Shown in pieces: positions 37,772-47,929 of a stretch of 58,621 nucleotides of DNA (position 1 is its first letter; each line of letters starts with the position of its first letter). Origin of the DNA: a virus (taxonomy: Duplodnaviria > Caudoviricetes); IMG/VR virus record IMGVR_UViG_3300032321_001507, positions 1 to 58,621 of that record. One strand, given 5' to 3'. The translations under genes and the position numbers were made by a program. A model generated the notes under the pieces. It was not told the DNA's origin. It made no database searches and worked only from the letters and a program-made list of their open reading frames with translations.

Positions 37772-38020
37772 ATGGAAAATACATTCAACCCAACAGATAA
37801 ATTAACATTAGACGTACCCTTGTTTATTCGCTTATTAGAATATGCTCGTGAAGACTCTACAGCTGATATGGATTTACATAAAATAACTGAAAATGCTCTT
37901 GCATTAAGTGAAACTGGAGCAACATTAACAATGGCAAATTACAATACTATTGTAAAAGCTACTGTTGAAGAACTTCAAGAAATAAAAAGAATACAATACA
38001 TAGCTGGTATAACAAAATAA
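37772..38020 (+). CDS. hypothetical protein with C-terminal RIQYIAGI motif
   Basis: DVPLFIRLLEYARED; ends EIKRIQYIAGITK. Confidence 0.8.
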   Translation: MENTFNPTDKLTLDVPLFIRLLEYAREDSTADMDLHKITENALALSETGATLTMANYNTIVKATVEELQEIKRIQYIAGITK

Positions 38021-38075
38021 CAGGAATTAATCCTTTTATATATTTATTAACATACAAATATAAAAACATTTTAAA

Positions 38076-38423
38076 ATGAAAAAATCAGAATTAGAAAAAA
38101 TAATCAAAGAGGAATTAGCTAAAATGAAAATGGCTAAACCTATGAAAGAACAAGAAGAAACTTTAGATCCGGAAGTTCAAGCTTTAGTTGACAAAATTGC
38201 TCCTCAAATTGATGAGTCTAAAAAAACTGAATTAAAAGAAGCATTTGCTGAATACAGTGAATTAATCATGCAGATTTTAGCTGGTGCTTATGGTACTGCT
38301 GCTGCAATTTATTTTGGTAGCTTAATTGCTTTAGCATTTAAAAAAGGTGGTAAAGAAGAATTACAAAAAGCTATGAAAGAACTAGAAAAAGCACATCGCG
38401 GTGGTTCTTTAGGCGGTAACTAA
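38076..38423 (+). CDS. hypothetical protein with TM segment
   Basis: MKKSELEKIIKEEL N-motif; hydrophobic helix; late motif at 38040. Confidence 0.8.
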   Translation: MKKSELEKIIKEELAKMKMAKPMKEQEETLDPEVQALVDKIAPQIDESKKTELKEAFAEYSELIMQILAGAYGTAAAIYFGSLIALAFKKGGKEELQKAMKELEKAHRGGSLGGN

Positions 38424-38485
38424 AAACAACACATATAGAGCATATTCATTACATGCTCAAATAATAAAATATAAAATGGAGTAGT

Positions 38486-38516
38486 GGCCCAATTCGCAAG
38501 AGTTGGGCCTTCTTCT
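38486..38516 (+). terminator. intrinsic terminator
   Basis: GGCCCAATTC-GCAA-GAGTTGGGCC then TTCTTCT. Confidence 0.7.
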
Positions 38517-38557
38517 GTCAGAATTAAATTATTACATTTAAGCAAATAAAAATATAT

Positions 38558-39847
38558 ATGGAGAAAAAAATAGTAATAGTAGGTGCAGGTGTTGCAGGTA
38601 TTAATGCTGCAACCAAATTAGTGGATAATGGCTATCCGGGAGAACTAATCACAATTATTGACATGGGAAATGACCCACACAACCGCTTACCTGAGGAAGT
38701 GATGACAGGTATGTTAGGTGCAGGTGGCTGGTCAGATGGTAAATTAACTTACCATACTGAAATCGGTGGTCAATTAGCCAAATATTGTGGTGAAGATAAA
38801 GCAATGGAATTGATGGATCAAGTTATTAATAATTTTAGACGTTTCCATCCAAAACCAGAAGAAATATTTATGTCTGATCCTCAAGAGGAACCAGAATTTA
38901 TTAAACCATACTTTGGATTACGTATGTTTCCAGTATGGCATATTGGATCTAATTTCTTGCACGAAATTGCTAAAACATGGTATTCATATTTAGTTGATGC
39001 TGGTGTGGAATTTGTATGGAATACTAAAGTAACAGATATTGATTTTGAAAACCAAATGATAATTTGTAAAGAATTTGGAGACAAATATGATGAATTAATA
39101 TTTGCAGTAGGTAAATCAGGTATTGATTTTGGTAAGGAATTAGCTGAACAATATACATTACCTACTGAAGCAAAATCAGTACAAATTGGAGTACGTTTTG
39201 AAGCACCACAAAAATACTTCCAAAAACTAATTGATGTATCATATGATTTTAAATTATATCAAAAGTTTGATAACGTATCATTACGTTCATTTTGTACTAA
39301 TAATAATGCTGCCTTTGTTGCTGTTGAAGAAACTTACGGAGACGTTACTTACAATGGTCACGCTAAAAAAGGTGAAGAATTTAGAAATAATATGACTAAC
39401 TTTGGTATTTTAATGGAAATTAAAGGTATTGAAGATCCATTTAAATGGTCAAGAGATGCAGTACAAAAACTTCAAATTAATGGTACTGGTACTTATTACT
39501 CACCAAATAAAACTCGCAAACCAGGTCTTACATCAGAAAATAGTACAGTATCAGCTATACAAGTAGATACTATGGATGTTTTATTTGATGCATTAGGTGA
39601 AGAATATGCTCAATACATTGAGGATTTTATTACTAATATGCAAACCATATTTCCTGAAATGGGAGATGATTGGGGTATTTATATGCCTGAGGTAAAATAT
39701 CTATCTCCTGAACCACTAGTAAATTATACAGACTTATCATTAAATGAATTTCCAAATGTTCACTTTGTTGGTGATGCATTATCAGCTCGCGGTATTACAG
39801 TATCAGGAGCACACGGAATTTATGTAGCAGAATCATTAATTAAATAA
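38558..39847 (+). CDS. FAD-dependent oxidoreductase (COG2509-like)
   Basis: IVIVGAGVAG Rossmann motif; GAGGWSDGKL; HIGS; RSFC; FVGD. Confidence 0.88.
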   Translation: MEKKIVIVGAGVAGINAATKLVDNGYPGELITIIDMGNDPHNRLPEEVMTGMLGAGGWSDGKLTYHTEIGGQLAKYCGEDKAMELMDQVINNFRRFHPKPEEIFMSDPQEEPEFIKPYFGLRMFPVWHIGSNFLHEIAKTWYSYLVDAGVEFVWNTKVTDIDFENQMIICKEFGDKYDELIFAVGKSGIDFGKELAEQYTLPTEAKSVQIGVRFEAPQKYFQKLIDVSYDFKLYQKFDNVSLRSFCTNNNAAFVAVEETYGDVTYNGHAKKGEEFRNNMTNFGILMEIKGIEDPFKWSRDAVQKLQINGTGTYYSPNKTRKPGLTSENSTVSAIQVDTMDVLFDALGEEYAQYIEDFITNMQTIFPEMGDDWGIYMPEVKYLSPEPLVNYTDLSLNEFPNVHFVGDALSARGITVSGAHGIYVAESLIK

Positions 39848-39857
39848 ATAAAAAGTT

Positions 39858-40118
39858 ATGGCAAAAGAAAAAAGAACCCCAATAGAACCAACTAGAAGAT
39901 ATAAATCTCCAGATGGTACAATTCGTTATGTAAAATTTAATCAATTACATAATTTTGATGGACCCGCTCTAATACCAGAAGGTAATATGAGAAAAGCAGA
40001 ATATTTTGTATTTGGTATTCCTTATACTAAAGAGAAATTTGATGAAATTAAAAAACATAACAACGGATTACCTTGGTATAAGCAAGCCGCTAATAAAAGT
40101 GGTGGTGGCAGAGTTTAA
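39858..40118 (+). CDS. hypothetical protein (LHxxDGPA motif)
   Basis: LHNFDGPALI. Confidence 0.75.
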   Translation: MAKEKRTPIEPTRRYKSPDGTIRYVKFNQLHNFDGPALIPEGNMRKAEYFVFGIPYTKEKFDEIKKHNNGLPWYKQAANKSGGGRV

Positions 40119-40147
40119 TTAGTATATTTACGTATTAAATAAAGGTT

Positions 40148-40450
40148 ATGATAGAAAATAAAGAACGTAGAGGTAGACCAAAATTAGAAATTGTTGAATC
40201 TCCACGTAAATTCACTCGTGTGTATGAACATGAAGATTCAACCGTTATTTGGAAGTTTGATTTAGATAAATTTGATAAAGGTCCAATTGATGTAGAAATT
40301 AGACATAAAAATGGATCTGATACTCCTAAATATTGGGCTAAAAAACGTAAAGAAGCTAAGGATGAACGTCGTATAAATCGTGAAATGCGTAAAATAAACG
40401 AGAAAAATAATCCTAAAAAGAAAATTACTAAAAAAACTAAAACAAAATAA
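40148..40450 (+). CDS. basic protein with AT-hook-like RRGRPK
   Basis: RRGRPK; GGCA-N10-AGTATATTTACGT upstream (40107). Confidence 0.7.
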   Translation: MIENKERRGRPKLEIVESPRKFTRVYEHEDSTVIWKFDLDKFDKGPIDVEIRHKNGSDTPKYWAKKRKEAKDERRINREMRKINEKNNPKKKITKKTKTK

Positions 40451-40451
40451 T

Positions 40452-40973
40452 ATGCGTATTGGATTAGCAGGAACAATGAGTGTAGGTAAAACTACATTGG
40501 TTAAGGCACTAGCAGAATTGCCTGAATTTAAAGATTATTATATTACAACTGAACGTAGTAAATATTTAAGAGATTTAGGTATTCCATTAAATACTGATTC
40601 TTCAGTACGCGGTCAGTTTGTTTTTATGGCTGAACGAGCACAAGAGTTAATGCATGATGATCTATTAACTGATCGTACTATTTGGGATGTATGTGCATTT
40701 ACTATGAGTGCTAAATCAATTAAGTGGAAAGGAAAACAATTATTAATTGAAGCAGCTACAACATTAATGCCATATTATGATATTGTGTTTTATGTTTCAC
40801 CAGAGGGTGTTTCTATTGAAGATAATGGTGTACGAACAACTGATGAAAAATATCGTAATAAAATTGATTTTGCGATTAGAGAACTATTAAATGAATACAA
40901 ACCAAATAAATTAATTGAGATTAAAGGCAATACAGAAGAACGTATTGCAGAGATAATGAAACATATAAGTTAA
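40452..40973 (+). CDS. nucleoside/nucleotide kinase (AAA_28/NadR-like)
   Basis: GTMSVGKTTL; LLTDRT..D; YDIVFY; EDNGVR. Confidence 0.85.
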   Translation: MRIGLAGTMSVGKTTLVKALAELPEFKDYYITTERSKYLRDLGIPLNTDSSVRGQFVFMAERAQELMHDDLLTDRTIWDVCAFTMSAKSIKWKGKQLLIEAATTLMPYYDIVFYVSPEGVSIEDNGVRTTDEKYRNKIDFAIRELLNEYKPNKLIEIKGNTEERIAEIMKHIS

Positions 40974-41006
40974 TATATTTATACAATATCACCCCTATAA
41001 ACAAAA

Positions 41007-41921
41007 ATGAAAAAACTAGAAAAAATAATTAAAGAAGCTATAGCTGAGGTAATAAATGAAGATGCTGCTAAAATTAAAAATTTAAGACTTACAGCAACAA
41101 AATTCCGCCAACAAGCTATTGATGCAGAACAAGCAGCATCTGCAGAAGAAGAAAAAGATCTTCAACAAAATAAAACTGCTGTAGCTGAAATTAATGTTAA
41201 CGAAATGGCTCGTATTCCTGTACAATACAAAATTGCTGATTTATCTAAATTAGATGATTTAAGTGATAAAGTAAAAAATTCTAAAGGTGTACAAGGCATT
41301 ATTTCTTACTTACAAGATAAAGGACAAGCACCCGTTGCTGCAATCGCAAAAGATCAATTTAATCGCCCTCAACAAGCAATTAATCCAGTAGTATTAGCTT
41401 TAACTCAAGCAGGTGTATTAGATACAGTTGGTGGTTCAGGTGTTGCTGCTTCTCGTGTTGGTAAAGGTGGTGCAATTGCTCCTCCAACAACAAAACAAAT
41501 AATTGATCCAGAAGATTTCTTGATTGGTGGTGGTGAAAAATTTGATAAAGCACCTAATGAACCAAGTGAAGAAGAAATTGCAGCATCATTTGCAGCAGCA
41601 AGAGCTATTGGTGATGAAGATGAAGATATAATCAAAACTCTTCCAAAAGATGCTCCAAAATCAAAAATGACTATTTCTGATCAGGACTATGATAAATTAA
41701 TGAAATTCTTAAATGCTAAAGAACGCTTAAGAAACATTGATAGTGCTCTTAGACAAAATAAAAAAATCTCTAGAGGTGGTGATGATATGATCTCTAAAGA
41801 TTCAAACGAGGAAGAAAGACTAAAAGCTAAAAAAGCGGAATTAGAAAAACGCATTGATGACTTAGTTGCTTCTAGTGAATACTTACAACGCCGCAAAGCC
41901 CCAGAAGATAAAAATAAATAA
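41007..41921 (+). CDS. hypothetical late protein
   Basis: MKKLEKIIKEAIAEVINE N-motif; late motif at 40975. Confidence 0.8.
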   Translation: MKKLEKIIKEAIAEVINEDAAKIKNLRLTATKFRQQAIDAEQAASAEEEKDLQQNKTAVAEINVNEMARIPVQYKIADLSKLDDLSDKVKNSKGVQGIISYLQDKGQAPVAAIAKDQFNRPQQAINPVVLALTQAGVLDTVGGSGVAASRVGKGGAIAPPTTKQIIDPEDFLIGGGEKFDKAPNEPSEEEIAASFAAARAIGDEDEDIIKTLPKDAPKSKMTISDQDYDKLMKFLNAKERLRNIDSALRQNKKISRGGDDMISKDSNEEERLKAKKAELEKRIDDLVASSEYLQRRKAPEDKNK

Positions 41922-41924
41922 AAA

Positions 41925-42275
41925 ATGAAAAACATCCCCGTAAAACAAGTAATAATTGGTGCCTCAATTCTCTTGTTAGCATTAATCGGTTATTATTTCT
42001 TCTCTACATCTAGTCCTCGCTATGTTAAGAAGTATAAAGCAACCATTGACTCAGCACAACGCAATATCGACTCATTAGAAATCGAAATAGCTGCATCTGA
42101 TAAAATCATTGACTCATTGAGTTTTGATTTAACAATGGAAGATAGAGAAAACTCTAGATTAAAAGAACAAATTATTGACATTAAAAAGAAAAATCATGAA
42201 AAACTTACTGCTGTTGATAAGCTTAATAACGCTGAGCTTAAACGCTTCTTCACAGACCGCTACGACGTCCAATAA
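41925..42275 (+). CDS. TM + coiled-coil protein (i-spanin-like)
   Basis: N-terminal TM, coiled coil, overlaps next ORF by 80 nt. Confidence 0.6.
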   Translation: MKNIPVKQVIIGASILLLALIGYYFFSTSSPRYVKKYKATIDSAQRNIDSLEIEIAASDKIIDSLSFDLTMEDRENSRLKEQIIDIKKKNHEKLTAVDKLNNAELKRFFTDRYDVQ

Positions 42276-42615
42276 GGATAGCGTAGTTGTATTGCCTGCT
42301 AAAGTGGCAAAGCTTATAGCTAAAGACTTAGTAGCTTATGACGGTTTAAAAGTTGAACATAAAGCAACATTAGACTTATTAGCAAATACAGAATCTAAAG
42401 TTAATACTCAAGCTTCTATTATTAAACAATACGAAATTAAAGATGGTCAATGGAAACAAACTATCACTAATTATGATGCTCAGGTTTTAGCTTATAAAAA
42501 TATGACTGCTGATTTGCAGAAAGATTTAAGAAAAGCTAAAGTACGTGGATTTTATAATAAATTCGGATTGACATTAGGATTAGGTATTGTAACATACCTT
42601 TATATTACTAAATAG
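42196..42615 (+). CDS. secreted coiled-coil protein with C-terminal TM (spanin partner-like)
   Basis: start ATG 42196, signal peptide MKNLLLLISLITLSLNASS|Q, coiled coil, C-terminal hydrophobic helix. Confidence 0.6.
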   Translation: MKNLLLLISLITLSLNASSQTATTSNKDSVVVLPAKVAKLIAKDLVAYDGLKVEHKATLDLLANTESKVNTQASIIKQYEIKDGQWKQTITNYDAQVLAYKNMTADLQKDLRKAKVRGFYNKFGLTLGLGIVTYLYITK

Positions 42616-42645
42616 CATTCTCTTCTCCCGAGGATACAGTGCCCG

Positions 42646-42678
42646 AAAGCCCGCAATTTTTTGCGGGTTTTCTTTTTT
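42646..42678 (+). terminator. intrinsic terminator
   Basis: AAAGCCCGCAA-TTTT-TTGCGGGTTTT then T-tract. Confidence 0.8.
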
Positions 42679-42683
42679 ATTAT

Positions 42684-42692
42684 ATATTTATA
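42684..42692 (+). promoter_or_regulatory. late promoter motif ATATTTATA (terminase)
   Basis: one of 23 intergenic copies. Confidence 0.7.
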
Positions 42693-42713
42693 TACAACAC
42701 CAAAACGACATAT

Positions 42714-44300
42714 ATGTCAGAACAACCGAATATTAAGAGTATAATTACTCAAGAATATATCAAGTGTGCTCAAGATCCGATACACTTTTTTAGAAAATAT
42801 TGTTATATTCAACATCCAATTAAAGGAAGAATCCTGTTTCATTTATATCCATTCCAAGAGAATGTATTAGATGATTTTCAAAACAATCGTTTTAACGTTA
42901 TTAATAAATCACGTCAGTTAGGTATATCTACCTTAGCTGCTGGTTATGCATTACATACTATGATGTTTAATAAAGATAAAACAGTATTATGTATAGCAAC
43001 TAAACAAGAAACAGCCAAAGGTATGGTTGATAAAGTACAATTTATGTACAATAATTTACCTCAATGGTTAAAAGGAAATAAAAAACCAATATCAGATAAT
43101 AAATTGTCATTAAAGTTATCTAACAACTCACAAATTATAGCTACTTCAGCAGCATCGGATGCAGGTAGATCTTACGCAGTATCTTTACTACTAATAGATG
43201 AGGCTGCCTTCATTGAAGGTATTGATAGAATATATACGAGTATTAAACCTACAATTGCTACTGGTGGACGCATTATAGCATTATCATCTCCAAATGGTAT
43301 TGGAAACTGGTTTCATAGAACATATACTGAAGCTAGTTTAGGAAAAAATGACTTTAATCCTGTAGAATTAAAATGGAATTTACACCCTGATCGTGATCAA
43401 TCATGGTATGAAACTGAAAAGGCAAATATGTCTCCAAGAGAATTTGCTCAAGAATATGACTGTGACTTTTTAGGATCAGGTAATTCAGTAGTTGAACCTG
43501 ATACACTTAAACATTACGAAGAAAATTATGTAATGGAACCTATTGAACGTAGATTTATGGGTGGTGATTTTTGGATATGGCAATATCCTGATTATAATAA
43601 ACAATACGCTGTAACAGCCGACGTTGCAAGAGGTGATGGAAGTGACTTTTCAGCATTTCATGTTATTGATATTGAATCATGTGAACAAGTAGCCGAATTT
43701 AAATCACAAATTGGTACTAGAGAATTTGGTCATATGCTAGTATCTGTTGCTAACGAATATAATAATGCAATGTTAGTAGTAGAGAATGCAAACGTGGGAT
43801 GGGATGTTGTAAATACAATAATTGAAAAAGGTTATCAAAACCTATATTACTCACCTCGTTCATATGGAGACATGAGTATGGACAAATATCTTGATAAATT
43901 AGACAATGATCAAGTAGTTCCTGGATTTACTACATCAGCAAAGACGAGACCGCTTGTCATCTCCAAAATGGAGTCGTATATTCGGGAAGGCGCTTTTATA
44001 TTCCACTCAAAACGTTTACTTGAGGAATTAAGAGTGTTTATTTGGCACAATGGGAAAGCACAAGCTCAAAGTGGCTATAATGATGATTTGGTAATGTCCG
44101 CTGGTATTGGATTATTTTTAAGAGATACAGCATTAAAATATCAAGCATCAGGAATGGACATAACTAGAGCAACATTAACAGGAATGTCAAAAACAGGTGG
44201 TTATGATAGTATTTATCCTACATCTCCTGGTTTTAGAAATCCATACCAAATAGATAATGGTGTTGGTGGTACAGAAGACATTAGCTGGATGCTATATTAA
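42714..44300 (+). CDS. gp17: terminase large subunit (gp17-like)
   Basis: KSRQLGIST, LLIDEAAF, SSPNG, QEYDCDF, ADVARGDG.DFSAF, NDDLVM; start corrected to ATG 42714. Confidence 0.95.
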   Translation: MSEQPNIKSIITQEYIKCAQDPIHFFRKYCYIQHPIKGRILFHLYPFQENVLDDFQNNRFNVINKSRQLGISTLAAGYALHTMMFNKDKTVLCIATKQETAKGMVDKVQFMYNNLPQWLKGNKKPISDNKLSLKLSNNSQIIATSAASDAGRSYAVSLLLIDEAAFIEGIDRIYTSIKPTIATGGRIIALSSPNGIGNWFHRTYTEASLGKNDFNPVELKWNLHPDRDQSWYETEKANMSPREFAQEYDCDFLGSGNSVVEPDTLKHYEENYVMEPIERRFMGGDFWIWQYPDYNKQYAVTADVARGDGSDFSAFHVIDIESCEQVAEFKSQIGTREFGHMLVSVANEYNNAMLVVENANVGWDVVNTIIEKGYQNLYYSPRSYGDMSMDKYLDKLDNDQVVPGFTTSAKTRPLVISKMESYIREGAFIFHSKRLLEELRVFIWHNGKAQAQSGYNDDLVMSAGIGLFLRDTALKYQASGMDITRATLTGMSKTGGYDSIYPTSPGFRNPYQIDNGVGGTEDISWMLY

Positions 44301-44301
44301 T

Positions 44302-44310
44302 ATATTTATA
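44302..44310 (+). promoter_or_regulatory. late promoter motif ATATTTATA (portal)
   Basis: intergenic, just upstream of ATG 44334. Confidence 0.7.
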
Positions 44311-44333
44311 CGTATACTAAAATTAAAAAATAA

Positions 44334-46208
44334 ATGGCCGAAAGTAACAATTTAGGACTATTTGGAAATCTAAGACGTTTATTTAGCACAGATGTTATCA
44401 TCAGAAATGTTGGTGGTAAACAGCTAAAAACTATTGATACTGATAGAATTCAAGCATATGGTAATGTTAAAACCAATGCTTTAATAGATAGATTTACTAA
44501 ACTTCATAGATACGGAGCTAATATGCCGTATAATCCAACTATGAACTACCAAACACTTCGTATTCAGTTATACACTGATTATGAAGCAATGGATACAGAA
44601 TCAATTATTGCTTCTGCTCTTGATATTATTTCTGATGAAGCAACATTAAAAAATGAAGCAGGTGAAGTATTACAAATCAGATCCTCAGACGAACGTATTC
44701 AAAGAATATTATACAACTTATTTTACGATGTATTAAATATTGAATTTAACCTTTGGTTATGGATTCGTAATATGAGTAAATATGGTGACTTTTATTTACA
44801 CTTAGAAGTTGCTGAAAACTTTGGTATCTATAACGTAACACCATTATCAGTTTATGATATGGTACGTGAAGAAGGTATGGATCCACAAAATCCATCTTAC
44901 GTGTGTTTTAGAATTGATCCAATGGTTATTGCTGCTGGTGGTATGAATTCACGTGTTAAAGATAGAGATGGTAAAATTAAGTTTGAAAACTATGAAATTG
45001 CCCATTTCCGTTTATTAACAGATGCTAACTACCTACCATACGGAAGATCATACATTGAACCCGCACGTAAAACGTATAAACAATATATTCTAATGAAGGA
45101 TGCAATGCTATTGCACCGCATCACTAGAGCGCCGGAAAAACGGGTATTCTACGTTGACATTGGTAACTTACCAAATGCTGAGGTTGATGGATACATGGAG
45201 AAGTTAAAACAAAAAATGAAAAAAACTCCATATATTGATAACCAAACAGGAGAATACAACTTAAAATATAATGAACAAAATATACTTGAGGATTTTTATA
45301 TTCCTCAACGAGGTGGAAATTCAAATACTAGAATTGATACTATTAAAGGTTTAGAATATAATGCAATTGATGACGTTATGTTCTTAAGAGACGAAATGTT
45401 AGCTGCTCTTAAGGTACCTAAAGCATTCTTTGGATTTGAAAAAGACTTAACTGGTAAAGCTACATTAGCTGCTGAAGATATTCGTTTTGCTCGCACAGTT
45501 GAACGTATTCAACGTATTGTATTATCTGAGTTATATAAAATGGCATTAGTACATTTATATGCTCAAGGATTTGATGGTGAAGCTTTAGCAAATTTTGAAT
45601 TATCATTAACTACTCCTTCAATTGTTTACGAACAAGAAAAAGTAGCGCTATGGAAAGAAAAAATACAATTAGCTAAAGATATTCAAGATAGTAACTTAAT
45701 GCCATCTGATTGGATCTATGATAAAGTATTCCAATTCTCAGAAGATCAGTACGATGAGTATCGTGATTTAATTGCTGAGGATATGAAACGTAAATTCCGT
45801 TTTTCTCAAATTGAAAATGAGGGTAACGATCCAGCACAATCAGGTAAATCTTATGGTACACCACACGATTTAGCTACTTTATATGGTAAAGGAAGAAATG
45901 GCGTAGGTGATACAGGAGCTGTTCCTCCAGGATATGATGAAACTAGACCAGTTGGACGTCCTAAAGAAAAAGCATCTATTATTGGTACACAAAAAGATCC
46001 ATTAGGTAAAGATAGATTAGGAAGTAAAGAAAATTCAACATTATATACAGCTAATATACCTAATGATGAAGGTGGAACACCAAAAGGTGGTTCTCCATTA
46101 TCACTAGTTGAATATAAGAGAAATAAAGATTTACTAAAATCCATAGTATTTGGAAATAAATCTGATGAAAATAGTATGTTAGATGAAGAAAATATTAAGG
46201 ATATATAA
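44334..46208 (+). CDS. gp20: portal protein (gp20-like)
   Basis: LMKDAMLLHRITRAPEKRVFYVDIGNLP; EDFYIP.RGG; ALKVPK; EDIRFAR. Confidence 0.95.
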   Translation: MAESNNLGLFGNLRRLFSTDVIIRNVGGKQLKTIDTDRIQAYGNVKTNALIDRFTKLHRYGANMPYNPTMNYQTLRIQLYTDYEAMDTESIIASALDIISDEATLKNEAGEVLQIRSSDERIQRILYNLFYDVLNIEFNLWLWIRNMSKYGDFYLHLEVAENFGIYNVTPLSVYDMVREEGMDPQNPSYVCFRIDPMVIAAGGMNSRVKDRDGKIKFENYEIAHFRLLTDANYLPYGRSYIEPARKTYKQYILMKDAMLLHRITRAPEKRVFYVDIGNLPNAEVDGYMEKLKQKMKKTPYIDNQTGEYNLKYNEQNILEDFYIPQRGGNSNTRIDTIKGLEYNAIDDVMFLRDEMLAALKVPKAFFGFEKDLTGKATLAAEDIRFARTVERIQRIVLSELYKMALVHLYAQGFDGEALANFELSLTTPSIVYEQEKVALWKEKIQLAKDIQDSNLMPSDWIYDKVFQFSEDQYDEYRDLIAEDMKRKFRFSQIENEGNDPAQSGKSYGTPHDLATLYGKGRNGVGDTGAVPPGYDETRPVGRPKEKASIIGTQKDPLGKDRLGSKENSTLYTANIPNDEGGTPKGGSPLSLVEYKRNKDLLKSIVFGNKSDENSMLDEENIKDI

Positions 46209-46255
46209 AAGGTATATATTTATAAATAGTACATTTCTGAACATATAATATAAAA

Positions 46256-47110
46256 ATGCGTATAAAGCATAGCAAATTTAAGAACACAGGAATCCTGTTT
46301 GAATTACTTGTTAGACAAGTAGCATCAGATACAGTATCTGGTAAAGATTCAGCGGCTGTTGGCTTGATTAAAAAATATTTTTCTAAAACTGAATTAAATA
46401 AAGAATATAAATTATATCAAACTTTAGTTAACTCTACAGTAGTAACTGAAGGTAAAGCTGAATCATTAATTAATGCAACTATAGAATTATCTTCTAGATT
46501 AAATAGATCTACATTACGTAAGGAAAAATATAATTTAATTAAAGAAATTCGTGAAAAATATGATATTGATGAGTTTTTTAAAGCAAAAATCAATAACTAT
46601 TCACAATATGCTGCTGCATATAATTTAATTGAATCTCATAATTCAACCGAATTTATTGAACCTTCAGATGTAATTGAAAATAAAGTAACTTTATTAGAAC
46701 ATATTTCTCGTAAAGTAGTAAATAAATCAGAAGTTAAAGATAGAGTACTACAAGAATATGCTGATATGGATAAAGGTACTCGTATCTTAGCATATCGTAT
46801 GTTACTTGAAAGATTCAATGAAAAATACGTTGAATTATCTCCAGCACAGAAAACAATATTAAAAGAATACATCAACAATATCTCTAATACAACTAAATTA
46901 AGAGAATTTGTTAATGAAAGTATGGAACAACTGGTAAAAGAATTAACTAAATTAATTCCTACCGTTGCTGATAAAACTATTCAGATTAAATTATCTGAAG
47001 TGGTTACGTTTTTAAAACCAATTGAGAAAAAACAAACGGTAAAAGATGATAATATCATTACCTTGTTACAATACCATCAATTAGTAAACGAAATAAAATC
47101 AGTAAAATAA
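46256..47110 (+). CDS. conserved head-module hypothetical protein
   Basis: IKHSKFKNTGILFELL; between portal and protease; late motif at 46216. Confidence 0.8.
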   Translation: MRIKHSKFKNTGILFELLVRQVASDTVSGKDSAAVGLIKKYFSKTELNKEYKLYQTLVNSTVVTEGKAESLINATIELSSRLNRSTLRKEKYNLIKEIREKYDIDEFFKAKINNYSQYAAAYNLIESHNSTEFIEPSDVIENKVTLLEHISRKVVNKSEVKDRVLQEYADMDKGTRILAYRMLLERFNEKYVELSPAQKTILKEYINNISNTTKLREFVNESMEQLVKELTKLIPTVADKTIQIKLSEVVTFLKPIEKKQTVKDDNIITLLQYHQLVNEIKSVK

Positions 47111-47652
47111 TGAACGAACAAACTCTAAAGGAATATATTAAATCACTAGTACGTGAAATTTTAGAGGAAGAATCTACATCAGGTGATGCAGGTGCTTATT
47201 CAACTCCATATGCTTTTTCTCGTAAGGGACAAAAGTCAAATGCTGCAACACAAGCTGCTGAAGATGAAGGATTTACTAAAGTAAAACCTGGTATGCCATC
47301 TGATTCAAAAATTTTAGATTATAAACAACTTATGGGTAAATCTAAAAAATATAAAATTTACGAATCAATAGATAAAATCGTGAAAGCAGAATTAATTAAC
47401 GAAGTAACTTATAATAAATTTAAATCTGAAGTTAAGTTACGTACTAAAAACGAACAACTACATAAAGCCATTAAAGAAGTAAAACGCAAATTAATGGAAA
47501 TTGATCGTATAGTAGAATATACTTCTATGATGAAGCAAGAATTAAGTGAAGATGGAGAAGGATTAAGATATTGGAAAACAACAGAAAATAACATTTCTAC
47601 AATAGCAGAAATGGTAGATAATTTAAACAATAAAATTAAAAATTTACAATAA
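47110..47652 (+). CDS. prohead core-like protein
   Basis: LKEYIKSLVREILEE motif; several I/L-x-E sites. Confidence 0.7.
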   Translation: MNEQTLKEYIKSLVREILEEESTSGDAGAYSTPYAFSRKGQKSNAATQAAEDEGFTKVKPGMPSDSKILDYKQLMGKSKKYKIYESIDKIVKAELINEVTYNKFKSEVKLRTKNEQLHKAIKEVKRKLMEIDRIVEYTSMMKQELSEDGEGLRYWKTTENNISTIAEMVDNLNNKIKNLQ

Positions 47653-47654
47653 TT

Positions 47655-47918
47655 ATGGCAAATATCCCCGTAAATAGTAGTGGAGCAATTTTAAGTTCTG
47701 GAGCATCAATCACCGGTTCATTTGCCGGATTTGTTGTTCTATCTAACGCAACTCCAACAGTAGCTAATAATATAGCTCATATTATAGCATTAAAAGATGG
47801 TAATGGTAATTTAACGTCTGGTAGTGCTTTCTATGTATATGCTGGAACTAAAGTTGAAATGTTTATCACTAGTGCATCATTACATTCAACAAGTAATCCA
47901 ATATTACTTTACTATTAA
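47655..47918 (+). CDS. small beta-rich protein (possible capsid decoration)
   Basis: 87 aa, TGS/SGS/SAS motifs, in head module. Confidence 0.6.
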   Translation: MANIPVNSSGAILSSGASITGSFAGFVVLSNATPTVANNIAHIIALKDGNGNLTSGSAFYVYAGTKVEMFITSASLHSTSNPILLYY

Positions 47919-47929
47919 TATTTATACAC

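Noticed and set aside
42639-42713. Extended N-termini in the ORF track (42639, also 31238, 42175, 49215)
   Set aside because: The extensions run through a terminator/promoter or the upstream gene; ATGs at 42714, 31388, 42196 and 49233 fit better.
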